This document shows, piece by piece, positions 16,591-27,980 of a stretch of 39,856 nt of DNA (positions are counted from its first letter, which is position 1; the number at the start of each line of letters is the position of its first letter). Location of the stretch: assembly GCA_040905425.1 (NCBI GenBank), contig JBBDRO010000050.1, positions 16,921-56,776 of the forward strand, given 5' to 3'. Both the position numbers and the translations under genes were made by a program. The stretch is from Gemmatimonadota bacterium. Its GTDB lineage: Bacteria > Gemmatimonadota > Gemmatimonadetes > Longimicrobiales > RSA9. The notes under the pieces were generated by a model that was not told the origin of the DNA, searched no databases, and saw only the letters and a program-made list of their open reading frames with translations.

Positions 16591-17003
16591 TACGCCCCCA
16601 TCCACTTGCCGCCCAGTTCCTCGGCGTGCCGCTCCTCGGCGGCCAGGAATTCCTTCAGCATGAGCTCCGTGCGAGCGTCCAGCTCCATCTCCAGCAGGGC
16701 CCGGTAGCGCGCCACCTCCCCGAGCTCCCGCTCCCGCGCCTCCACCTCCCACACGTCCAGTCCGGGCACGGGCGGCGGCGTGCCCGGCAGGTCGTTGACC
16801 GGAAAGCCCGCCTCCACCAGGCGCGCGGTGAGCCGCGAGAGATGGTGCTGCTCGTCCGCGTGCAGCCCGTTGAGGCGCTCGGCGAGCAGCGTGTCCTCCG
16901 CCTCCTCGGCGGCCGCGGCCAGCGTGCGGTAGAAGAGCGACTGGTCCTTTTCCGCGGCGCGCGCCTCGGCCAGCGCGCCGGCCATGCTTCGTGCGAGTGT
17001 CAT
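16590..17003 (-). CDS. Ferritin-like / rubrerythrin-like domain protein
   Basis: E...FY, DEQHH, E...Y and EERH di-iron ligand pattern; ATGA overlap with gmhA. Confidence 0.8.
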   Translation of the reverse strand: MTLARSMAGALAEARAAEKDQSLFYRTLAAAAEEAEDTLLAERLNGLHADEQHHLSRLTARLVEAGFPVNDLPGTPPPVPGLDVWEVEARERELGEVARYRALLEMELDARTELMLKEFLAAEERHAEELGGKWMGA

Positions 17004-17569
17004 CGGAGCCGCTCCTCTACCAGCGCGCACACACAGTGGCCGAGCGCCAGCTGCAGCTCCTGCGCGTGCGCGCCCGTGTCCGTGGGAAGGATCAGGGCAT
17101 GGTCCACGTGGTCCCGCAGACGCCCACCGCCCCGGGCCAGGAACGCCACCGTGGTGAGGCCCGCCGCGCGGGCCGCCGCGGCCGCCCGCACCAGGTTCTC
17201 CGAGGCGCCCGAGGTGGAGTGCAGGAAGAGCACGTCGCCCGGCCGGCCCAGCGCCTCCACCTGGCGAGCGAAGACCTCCTCGAAGCCCAGGTCGTTGCCG
17301 GCGGCGGTGAGCAGCGAGGTGTCCGTGGTGAGCGCCAGCGCGGGTAGCGCCCGCCGGTCCGCCCGGAAGCGCACCACGTACTCGGTAGCCAGGTGCTGGG
17401 CGTCGGCCGCCGAGCCGCCGTTGCCGCAGAAGAGCAGCTTGCCGCCCGCGGCGATGGCGGCCGCGGCCAGCTCGGCCACCTCCGCCACGCGCTCCGCCAG
17501 CGCGCCGGTGCGCTCCGCTGCCTCGGCCAGCCCGGCCAGGTGGGCGCGCACCGCCTCCGCGCCGCTCAC
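17000..17569 (-). CDS. gmhA: D-sedoheptulose 7-phosphate isomerase
   Basis: CGNGGSAADAQH, NDLGFEEVFARQV, STSG and QELQ motifs. Confidence 0.95.
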   Translation of the reverse strand: MSGAEAVRAHLAGLAEAAERTGALAERVAEVAELAAAAIAAGGKLLFCGNGGSAADAQHLATEYVVRFRADRRALPALALTTDTSLLTAAGNDLGFEEVFARQVEALGRPGDVLFLHSTSGASENLVRAAAAARAAGLTTVAFLARGGGRLRDHVDHALILPTDTGAHAQELQLALGHCVCALVEERLR

Positions 17570-17906
17570 GCGGGGTCCTCGAGCAGACCCTGGAAGCGCT
17601 CCAGACCGTACGCCTCCGCCAGGCGCCGCACGGCCTCCGTCCCGCCCCGCTCGGCCGCGGCCTGGAAGGCGCAGGTGAGCAGGGCGTCGGCCGACAGCAG
17701 GGGCGTGGCGGCCGCCCGGGCGTTGCCGAGCGCCAGCGCCGCCTTCAGCTCGCGCAGCGCCGCGGCGGCCAGCGCCTCCTCCAGCGCCTCATCAACCGCG
17801 GCGTCCCCCGCGGACTCCGGCGTCTCCAGCGCGGCCGTCATGCGCTCCAGCAACTCCGGAGGCGGCGCCGGTTCGCGCTCGCGCAGCCAGGCGGCGGCCC
17901 CGGCGC

Positions 17907-17910
<4 letters not shown>
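17566..17910 (-). CDS. Hypothetical protein
   Basis: Fills the gap between alaS and gmhA with GTGA overlaps on both sides; LLSADALLT motif. Confidence 0.7.
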
Positions 17911-20579
<2,669 letters not shown>

Positions 20580-20617
20580 AACCTTGTTTTTCGCACGCGT
20601 TCGAGGTCGAGCCGATT

Positions 20618-20646
20618 AATATAGGCGGGCACGTGTGGCTTGCGAA
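20618..20646 (-). promoter_or_regulatory. Putative alaS promoter TTCGCA-N17-TATATT
   Basis: AT-rich hexamer with a 17-nt spacer, about 40 nt upstream of the alaS ATG. Confidence 0.5.
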
Positions 20647-20690
20647 GGGCGGGCCCGGCTGGCGGTGGCTGAGCATGCGCCACACGCAAC

Positions 20691-20728
20691 GAAGCCCGCG
20701 GGGGACAGGACCAACCCCCGCGGGCTTC
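20691..20728 (-). terminator. Strong hairpin downstream of recA (probable terminator)
   Basis: Perfect 14-bp stem GAAGCCCGCGGGGG / CCCCCGCGGGCTTC with a 10-nt loop; only a weak U-tract. Confidence 0.65.
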
Positions 20729-20776
20729 CGGGTGCGGCGCGGCGCAACGCCCCGCGGCGCCCCGTACCGCCCCGCC

Positions 20777-21826
<1,050 letters not shown>

Positions 21827-21961
21827 GTGCGTCTTGCCTCGTTCGGGGAGTGCCGGGTGGCTTTCGGGTGGTGTTCGGTTTCGTGCGTCCAATATGGGAC
21901 CGGGAGGGCCGCTTGAAAAGGCCGGCGTGGGACGATCGCCTGCGCGGATGGGTCAAGCGGC

Positions 21962-22990
21962 TCAGGCCAGGGCTTTTCTCAGCGCCTCGATGGCGCGGTC
22001 GATGCCCTGGTCGTCCACATCCAGGTGGGTGACCGCACGCACGCGCCGCGGCGTGAACGCAATGAGCCGCACGCCATGCTCGGCCACGCGCCGGACCACC
22101 TCCGCGGCATCCAACCCGGGGGGCTCCACGTCGAGCATGACAATGTTGGTGTCGGGCGCCACCACGCGCAGCGCGGTCAGCTCGCCGGCGGCCTCCGCCA
22201 GCGCGCGTGCCCGGCGGTGGTCCTCCGCCAGGCGCTCCATGTGATGGTCCAGCGCGTAGAGGCCGGCCGCGGCCAGGATGCCCGCCTGACGCATGGAGCC
22301 GCCCAACCGACGGCGCACCTCCCGGGCGCGGTCGATATCCCCGACGCGGCCAGCCAGCAGCGAGCCCACCGGGCAGCCGAGCCCCTTGGAGAGCGCCACC
22401 ATCACGGTGTCCGCGTGCTCGGCGTAGCGCGCCGGCTCCTGGCCGCTGGCCACGGCGGCGTTCCACAGGCGGGCGCCGTCCAGGTGCACGGGCAGCCCCA
22501 GCCGGTTGGCCAGCGCCCGCACCTCCGCCGTCACCTCCAGTGGCTGGATGCGGCCGCCCGCGCCATTGTGGGTATTCTCCAGGCAGATCAGGCTGGTGCG
22601 AAGCTGCCGCGCAAAGTCCGGCCGGATGGCCGCCTCCACCGCCGCCGCGCGGAGCACGCCATCCTCGGTGGGCACCGGACGGAGCTGGATACCGCTCAGC
22701 ATGGCGGCGGCGCCGAGCTCCCAGTCGATCACGTGCGCCCGCGCCTCGGCCACGGCCTCGGTGCCCGGGCGGCCCAGCACGGCCAGCGCCGCCTGGTTGG
22801 CCATGATGCCGCTGGGAAAGAAGAGCGCCGCCTCCTTGCCGAGCACCGCGGCCACGCGCGCTTCGAGCGCCTGGACGCTAGGATCCTCGCCCAGGGCGTC
22901 ATCGCCCACCTCGGCCGCCGCGATGGCGGCGCGCATGCCGGGCGTGGGGCGGGTGACGGTGTCGGAGCGGAGATCCACGGGCGTGCTCAC
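21962..22990 (-). CDS. ltaE: Low-specificity L-threonine aldolase
   Basis: DLRSDTVT, PSGIMAN, LENTHN, HLDGARLWNA, LSKGLGCPVGS and GGSMRQAG motifs. Confidence 0.93.
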   Translation of the reverse strand: MSTPVDLRSDTVTRPTPGMRAAIAAAEVGDDALGEDPSVQALEARVAAVLGKEAALFFPSGIMANQAALAVLGRPGTEAVAEARAHVIDWELGAAAMLSGIQLRPVPTEDGVLRAAAVEAAIRPDFARQLRTSLICLENTHNGAGGRIQPLEVTAEVRALANRLGLPVHLDGARLWNAAVASGQEPARYAEHADTVMVALSKGLGCPVGSLLAGRVGDIDRAREVRRRLGGSMRQAGILAAAGLYALDHHMERLAEDHRRARALAEAAGELTALRVVAPDTNIVMLDVEPPGLDAAEVVRRVAEHGVRLIAFTPRRVRAVTHLDVDDQGIDRAIEALRKALA

Positions 22991-23002
22991 GGGCGGACGG
23001 CC

Positions 23003-23299
23003 TCAGGCCTCGTCCATGACGCCTTCATCCGTCTCCAGGCGGAAGCCACACGCGCTGCAGAAGCGGCTGCCGCCCGCATTGGGGGTGGCGCAGCGGGCGC
23101 ACACGGCGCCGGCGCGGAGCGCCTCGCGATAGCTGTCGATCTCCGCGCGCAGGGCGGGATCCAGCGCCGCCTCGCCGGTGGCCGGACCGGGATGGTCCTC
23201 CAGGTGGGGATCCCACGCCTCGTCCCGGGTACGGAGGAGCGGCCAGACCACGGCGCCGAAGGCCACGAGGGCCACCAGGATGACAACGGCCATTTCCAT
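23003..23299 (-). CDS. Membrane-anchored zinc-ribbon protein
   Basis: N-terminal TM helix; CARC...SRFCSACG zinc ribbon. Confidence 0.8.
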   Translation of the reverse strand: MEMAVVILVALVAFGAVVWPLLRTRDEAWDPHLEDHPGPATGEAALDPALRAEIDSYREALRAGAVCARCATPNAGGSRFCSACGFRLETDEGVMDEA

Positions 23300-23351
23300 G
23301 AGCGGCAATATCGCACGCGGCCGGGACGCCCACAACCGAGCGGAGGTGGAC

Positions 23352-24554
23352 ATGGACGAGCCGGCCGGCCGGGTCTTCGGACGGCACGAGCCGAACACCC
23401 TGGCGCAGTTCCGGGACGTGGCCGCCCGCGCGGAGCGCGCCGCGCTCATGGCCGACGGGCACGTGGGCTACGTCATGCCCATCGGCGGCGTGGCCGCCTA
23501 CCGCGAGCGCGCCAGCGTGGTGGGCGTGGGCTTCGACATCGCGTGCGGCAACGCCGCCATCCGGACGGACCTCAGCGTGCACGACGTGCTGCCCCGCCTG
23601 GACGCGCTGGCCGACGAGATCCAGAACACCATCAGCTTCGGCGTGGGACGCAGCAACCGCGCGGACGACGCCCCCGTGGATCATCCCCTCTTCGAGGATC
23701 CGGCGTGGGAGGCGGTGCCGGCCCACGCACGCCAAGCCCTCCGCGCCAAGGCACGCGAGCAGCTCGGCACGGTGGGCAGCGGCAACCATTACGTGGACGT
23801 CTTCGGCTGCGAGCGGGGCCGCGTCTGGGTGGGCGTCCACTTCGGCTCGCGCGGCTTCGGCCACACGGTGGCCTCCGGCTTCCTGGCGTTGGCGCAGAAC
23901 GCGCCCTGGGGCAAGCGGGTGCCCGAGCGCGAGACGCTGCTGGAACTCTCCACGCCGCTCGGCGACGCCTACTGGCAGCTCATGAACCTGGCCGGCCAGT
24001 ACGCCTACGCCGGCCGCGAGTGGGTGGCGCGCAAGACCGTGGAGATCCTGGGCGGGACGGAGCTGGAGCTCGTGCACAACCACCACAACTTCGCCTGGCG
24101 TGAGCGCCACGAGGGGGAGGACTACGTGGTGGTCCGCAAGGGTGCCACGCCCGCCTTCCCCGGCCAGAAGGGCTTCGTGGGCGGCTCGATGGGGGACGAC
24201 TCCGTGATCCTCCAGGGCGCCGCCGCCGACAACGAAGCGCAGCGGGCCGCCCTCTACTCCACCGTCCACGGCGCCGGCCGCGTCATGAGCCGTACGGAGG
24301 CCGCCGGCAAGCGGAATCGCCGCACCGGCAAGGTCACCCGCCCCGGCAAGGTGAGCCCGAAGATGATGGAGGCGTGGCTACGGGAGAAGGGCGTCACGCT
24401 GCGTGGCGGCGGCCTGGACGAGAGCCCGCACGCCTACCGCCGCCTGCCCGACGTGCTGGCCGCCCAGGGAGAGACCATCGAGGTGCTGCACACGCTGACC
24501 CCGCTCATCGTGTGCATGGCCGGCGCCAACGAGTTCGATCCGTACCGCGATTAG
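23352..24554 (+). CDS. rtcB: RtcB family RNA 2',3'-cyclic phosphate / 5'-OH ligase
   Basis: DGHVGY..PIGG, VGFDIACG, LGTVGSGNHY, VHFGSRG, HNHHN, RKGAT, HGAGR and DESPHAY motifs; GGAGG at 23342. Confidence 0.95.
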   Translation: MDEPAGRVFGRHEPNTLAQFRDVAARAERAALMADGHVGYVMPIGGVAAYRERASVVGVGFDIACGNAAIRTDLSVHDVLPRLDALADEIQNTISFGVGRSNRADDAPVDHPLFEDPAWEAVPAHARQALRAKAREQLGTVGSGNHYVDVFGCERGRVWVGVHFGSRGFGHTVASGFLALAQNAPWGKRVPERETLLELSTPLGDAYWQLMNLAGQYAYAGREWVARKTVEILGGTELELVHNHHNFAWRERHEGEDYVVVRKGATPAFPGQKGFVGGSMGDDSVILQGAAADNEAQRAALYSTVHGAGRVMSRTEAAGKRNRRTGKVTRPGKVSPKMMEAWLREKGVTLRGGGLDESPHAYRRLPDVLAAQGETIEVLHTLTPLIVCMAGANEFDPYRD

Positions 24555-24647
24555 GCCGCGCGGACCGGCGCTGCGGACCGGCGCTGAGCGTACCCCCAGG
24601 GAGAAGCACACCGGAACGCTCGGAGAATTTCGCGCGCAACCGCGTGG

Positions 24648-24690
24648 TTGAGCCAAAATATTGTATACTGTATACTGTATACTGTATAAT
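24648..24690 (+). promoter_or_regulatory. Orphan AT-rich promoter-like block with TGTATAC heptamer x4
   Basis: TTGAGC(24648)-N17-TATACT(24671); repeats at 24662, 24669, 24676 and 24683, the last ending in TATAAT (24685-24690). Confidence 0.55.
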
Positions 24691-24696
24691 GGCGGA

Positions 24697-24816
24697 GACT
24701 TTTGCGCTTTTTTGAACGCGTGCGGACAGTAACTGCTTGCGGCACAGTGGTCGCAGGCGGTTCGTCCCTGATAAACACATGTATTTAACGCGGGCACCGG
24801 CCCGGATTTTCCGGGC
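24697..24816 (+). ncRNA. Candidate structured small RNA (unassigned family)
   Basis: 13-bp stem 24731-24743/24750-24762 with three G-U pairs, GGAC/GTCC extension, and terminal hairpin 24800-24816; follows the promoter-like block; no credible ORF. Confidence 0.3.
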
Positions 24817-24849
24817 ATTCCAGAAGAGGGGCCCCGGAGCCTACGCGGT

Positions 24850-25308
24850 TCAGCCGCCGCCGGTTCCGCCGCCGCCGGTTCCGCCGCCGCCCGCGCCCCC
24901 CATCACCAGCGCCCCCACCCCGATCCCCAGCGCGTCCCACACCAGATCCCGCACGCTGAACGATCCTCCGCGCCGCCGGTCCGCCACCTCCTTGGCCACG
25001 CCCAGCGCCGCCGCGGCCACCACCGCGCCGCCGCGGGCCGCGTCCGCCTCCAGCCCCGCCGCCGTGCCCATGGCGTGGCCGAAGGCCACGGCGGCGTAGG
25101 CGTGCAGCGCGTGACGCACCTTATCCTGGCCGAACCAGGGGTCGGACGGGGCCTGCGCGGATGCCGGGGAGATGAATGCCGGGAAGATGGATGCCAGGGA
25201 TACGGGCGTCGGTGGTGCGGAGCGGACGAGGGCGGCCTCGGCGAACGTCGCTTGAAAGGGGGCACCGGGGGGCGTCCCCAGCAGCAGCAGTAAAGCGACG
25301 ACGCTCAC
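24850..25308 (-). CDS. YfiM/DUF2279-like membrane protein
   Basis: DPWFGQDKVRH and KEVAD...GSFSVRDLVWDALG motifs; GTGA overlap with glpK. Confidence 0.7.
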   Translation of the reverse strand: MSVVALLLLLGTPPGAPFQATFAEAALVRSAPPTPVSLASIFPAFISPASAQAPSDPWFGQDKVRHALHAYAAVAFGHAMGTAAGLEADAARGGAVVAAAALGVAKEVADRRRGGSFSVRDLVWDALGIGVGALVMGGAGGGGTGGGGTGGG

Positions 25309-26834
25309 TCCGCGTGCGCCGCGCGCGCCCACGCCAACGCGGCCTGCACGGCGCGCCGCCAGCCGGCGATGAGCGCCGCCCGGTCTCCGGCGCGCGGGCC
25401 GGGTTCGAAGCGGTCCGGCTCGGGGCGGGCGTGCAGGAAGGCGTCCGCGTCCTGCCAGACGCCGGCCGCGATGCCGGCCAGCCCGGCGGCGCCCAGCGCG
25501 GTGGTCTCCACCATCTGCGGGCGGCGCACGGGCAGGTTCACGATGTCCGCCTGGAAGCGGGCCAGCCAGTCGTTGGCGGACGCGCCGCCGTCGATGGCCA
25601 GCTCCCGCGCCGCCACGCCGGAGTCGGCCTCCATGGCCTCCAGCACGTCGAGCGTGGAGTAGGCCATGGCCTCCAGGGCGGCGCGGGCCAGGTGCGCGCG
25701 GGTGTTGCCGCGCGTGAGCCCCACGATGGTGCCGCGCGCCTCCGGCTCCCAGTGCGGGCCGCCGAGCCCCACGAAGGCGGGCACGAAGTAGACGCCGTCG
25801 TTGCCCTCCAGCGAGCCGGCCAGCACCTCCGTCTCGGCGGCGGTGCCCAGAATCTCCAGCCCGTCGCGCAGCCACTGCACGGCCGCGCCCGCAATGAAGA
25901 TGGCGCCCTCCAGGGCGTAGGCGGGCCCGCCCGTGGGATCGCACGCCACGGTGGTGAGCAGGCCGTGCTTCGAGGGCACCGGCTCGTCCCCGGTGTGCAG
26001 CAGCAGGAAGGCGCCCGTGCCGTAGGTGTTCTTGGCCATGCCCGCGCGCACGCAGCCCTGGCCGAAGAGCGCCGCCTGCTGGTCGCCGGCCACGCCGCCG
26101 ATGAGGAGCGGCGCGCCGAAGAGGTCGGGCGTGGTGTGGCCGAAGTCGCCGCTCGAGGGACGCACCTCGGGGAGCGCGGCGGCGGGCACGCCGAAGAGCT
26201 CCAGCAGCTCCTCGTCCCAGGCACGCTCACGCAGGCCGTAGAGGAGCGTGCGGGAGGCGTTGGTGGGATCCGTGGCGTGCACGGCGCCGCCCGTCAGCTT
26301 CCAGATGAGCCAGGCGTCCACGGTGCCCACGGCCAGGCGGCCGCCCTCCGCGGCGGCGCGCACCTCGGGCGCGTGCTCGAGCAGCCACTCCAGCTTGGTG
26401 GCCGTGAAGTAGGGATCGGCCACCAGCCCGGTGCGCTCGCGCAGCCAGTCCTCGCGCGGCTTCAGCTCCCGGCAGCGCGCGGCGGTGCGGCGGTCCTGCC
26501 ACACGATGGCGCGGTGCAGCGGGCGGCCGCTCTCGCGGTCCCAGGCCACCGCCGTCTCGCGCTGGTTGGTGATGCCGAGCGCCACGATCTCGGGCGCTTG
26601 GCCGGAGCCGCCGCCGGCGCCCTCCCCCACCCGGCCGCCGCTCGCCGTGATGGCCTCGCGCGCCACCCGCAGCGTAGTGTCCCACAGCTCGGTGGCATCG
26701 TGCTCCACCCATCCGGGCTGCGGGTAGTGCTGCGTGAACTCCGCGTAGCCGCGGCCCAGCTCGGCACCGTGCTCGTCCAGCACGATGGCCGTGCTCCCCG
26801 TGGTCCCCTGATCGATGGCCAGCACGGCCTTCAT
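25305..26834 (-). CDS. glpK: Glycerol kinase
   Basis: AIDQGTTGS, GITNQRET, WQDRRT, GDQQAALFGQ, KNTYGTG and DGGASAN motifs. Confidence 0.98.
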   Translation of the reverse strand: MKAVLAIDQGTTGSTAIVLDEHGAELGRGYAEFTQHYPQPGWVEHDATELWDTTLRVAREAITASGGRVGEGAGGGSGQAPEIVALGITNQRETAVAWDRESGRPLHRAIVWQDRRTAARCRELKPREDWLRERTGLVADPYFTATKLEWLLEHAPEVRAAAEGGRLAVGTVDAWLIWKLTGGAVHATDPTNASRTLLYGLRERAWDEELLELFGVPAAALPEVRPSSGDFGHTTPDLFGAPLLIGGVAGDQQAALFGQGCVRAGMAKNTYGTGAFLLLHTGDEPVPSKHGLLTTVACDPTGGPAYALEGAIFIAGAAVQWLRDGLEILGTAAETEVLAGSLEGNDGVYFVPAFVGLGGPHWEPEARGTIVGLTRGNTRAHLARAALEAMAYSTLDVLEAMEADSGVAARELAIDGGASANDWLARFQADIVNLPVRRPQMVETTALGAAGLAGIAAGVWQDADAFLHARPEPDRFEPGPRAGDRAALIAGWRRAVQAALAWARAAHAE

Positions 26835-27433
26835 AACGCCTCCAGTGTGCCGAACGCGTAGCGCCAGCCGTGCGCCTCCAGGAGCGCGAGCAGCCGCGCC
26901 ACGGGCAGTCCCATGACGGTGAAGAAGTCTCCCTCGATGCCCTCCACCAGCGCGGCGCCACGGCTCTGGATGCCGTAGGCGCCGGCCTTGTCCAGCGGCT
27001 CGCCGGTGGCGGCGTAGGCGCGCGCAAGATCCTCACCGAAGGGGCGCATGCGTACGCGCGTGGTCTCCACGGCGGCGTGCACCACGCCGTCGCGGGCCAC
27101 CGCCACGCCGGTGGCCACCACGTGCGTGCGGCCGGCCAGGCGGAGCAGCATGCGCACGGCGTCCGCGGCGTCGGCGGGCTTGCCGAGCAGCTCCCCGTCG
27201 ATGACCACCACGGTGTCACTGCCCACCACCAGCGCCCCCGGCCGGCGCGCGGCCAGCGTCTCCGCTTTGGCGCGGGCCAGCCGCTCGGCGTGCGCCACGG
27301 GCGCCTCACCCGGCAGCCAGCTCTCGTCCACGTCGGCGGGGGCCGCCTCGTGCGCCAGGCCGAGCATGGTGAGCAGCTCGGTGCGCCGCGGGGAGCGGGA
27401 GGCCAGCACCAGCGGCGGCGGGCCCGAGCTCAT
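26831..27433 (-). CDS. maf: Maf family nucleoside triphosphate pyrophosphatase
   Basis: LASRSPRR, GSDTVV, GKP, DKAGAYGIQ and VMGLP motifs. Confidence 0.95.
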   Translation of the reverse strand: MSSGPPPLVLASRSPRRTELLTMLGLAHEAAPADVDESWLPGEAPVAHAERLARAKAETLAARRPGALVVGSDTVVVIDGELLGKPADAADAVRMLLRLAGRTHVVATGVAVARDGVVHAAVETTRVRMRPFGEDLARAYAATGEPLDKAGAYGIQSRGAALVEGIEGDFFTVMGLPVARLLALLEAHGWRYAFGTLEAL

Positions 27434-27476
27434 GCGTCCACGCTCGAGCTCATGCGTCCACGCTCGAGCTCATGCG
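27425..27476 (-). repeat. 20-bp tandem repeat (2.6 copies) encoding two coupled MSSSVDA* mini-ORFs
   Basis: Minus-strand unit ATGAGCTCGAGCGTGGACGC; ATGA overlaps at 27473, 27453 and 27433. Confidence 0.9.
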
Positions 27477-27922
27477 CTCGCGCCCCGCTCCAGGAGCAGC
27501 GTCACCGGGCCGTCGTTGGTCAGCTCCACCTCCATCATGGCGCCGAACTCGCCGGTCTCCACGGTGCTGGGGGCGCGCTCCCGGAGGAGGGCCACGAAGC
27601 GCTCGTAGAGGGGGATGGCCTCGGCGGGCTCGGCCGCGCCGATGAAGCTGGGGCGCCGCCCCTTGCGGGTGTCCCCGTAGAGCGTGAACTGGGAGACCAC
27701 GAGCAGGCCGCCGCCCACCTCCTCCAGCCCCAGGTTCATGCGGCCGTCGGTGTCCGCGAAGAGGCGGAGGGAGACGATCTTGTCGGCCATCCAGACCAGC
27801 GCGTCCTCCGTGTCCCCGGGGGCGAAGCCCACGAGCAGGGCAAAGCCCTGCCCGATCCGCCCCACCTCCGTGCCATCGATGCGCACCTCCGCGCGGGAGA
27901 CCCGCTGGAGCACGACGCGCAT
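27470..27922 (-). CDS. dtd: D-aminoacyl-tRNA deacylase
   Basis: MRVVLQRV, VSQFTL, GRRPSF and NDGPVT motifs. Confidence 0.97.
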   Translation of the reverse strand: MRVVLQRVSRAEVRIDGTEVGRIGQGFALLVGFAPGDTEDALVWMADKIVSLRLFADTDGRMNLGLEEVGGGLLVVSQFTLYGDTRKGRRPSFIGAAEPAEAIPLYERFVALLRERAPSTVETGEFGAMMEVELTNDGPVTLLLERGASA

Positions 27923-27980
27923 CAGCAGGCGCGGTGGCGCGCGGACGTGGAAATGGGACGTCGCTTAAACGAGCGTGTCC

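Noticed and set aside
22025..24103. Long ORFs overlapping real genes (e.g. 22025-24103, 29430-31424, 36320-38458, 18000-19703)
   Set aside because: Shadow frames typical of high-GC DNA: Arg/Gly/His-rich, no motifs, and overlapping well-supported genes
24741..24770. tRNA or Y-RNA-like domain (GGCACAGTGG...GGTTCG)
   Set aside because: No proper T-stem or acceptor stem can be built; the bases fit a single long hairpin better
24650..24790. Replication origin (AT-rich unwinding element)
   Set aside because: No TTATCCACA-type DnaA boxes were found and no dnaA/dnaN/gidA context
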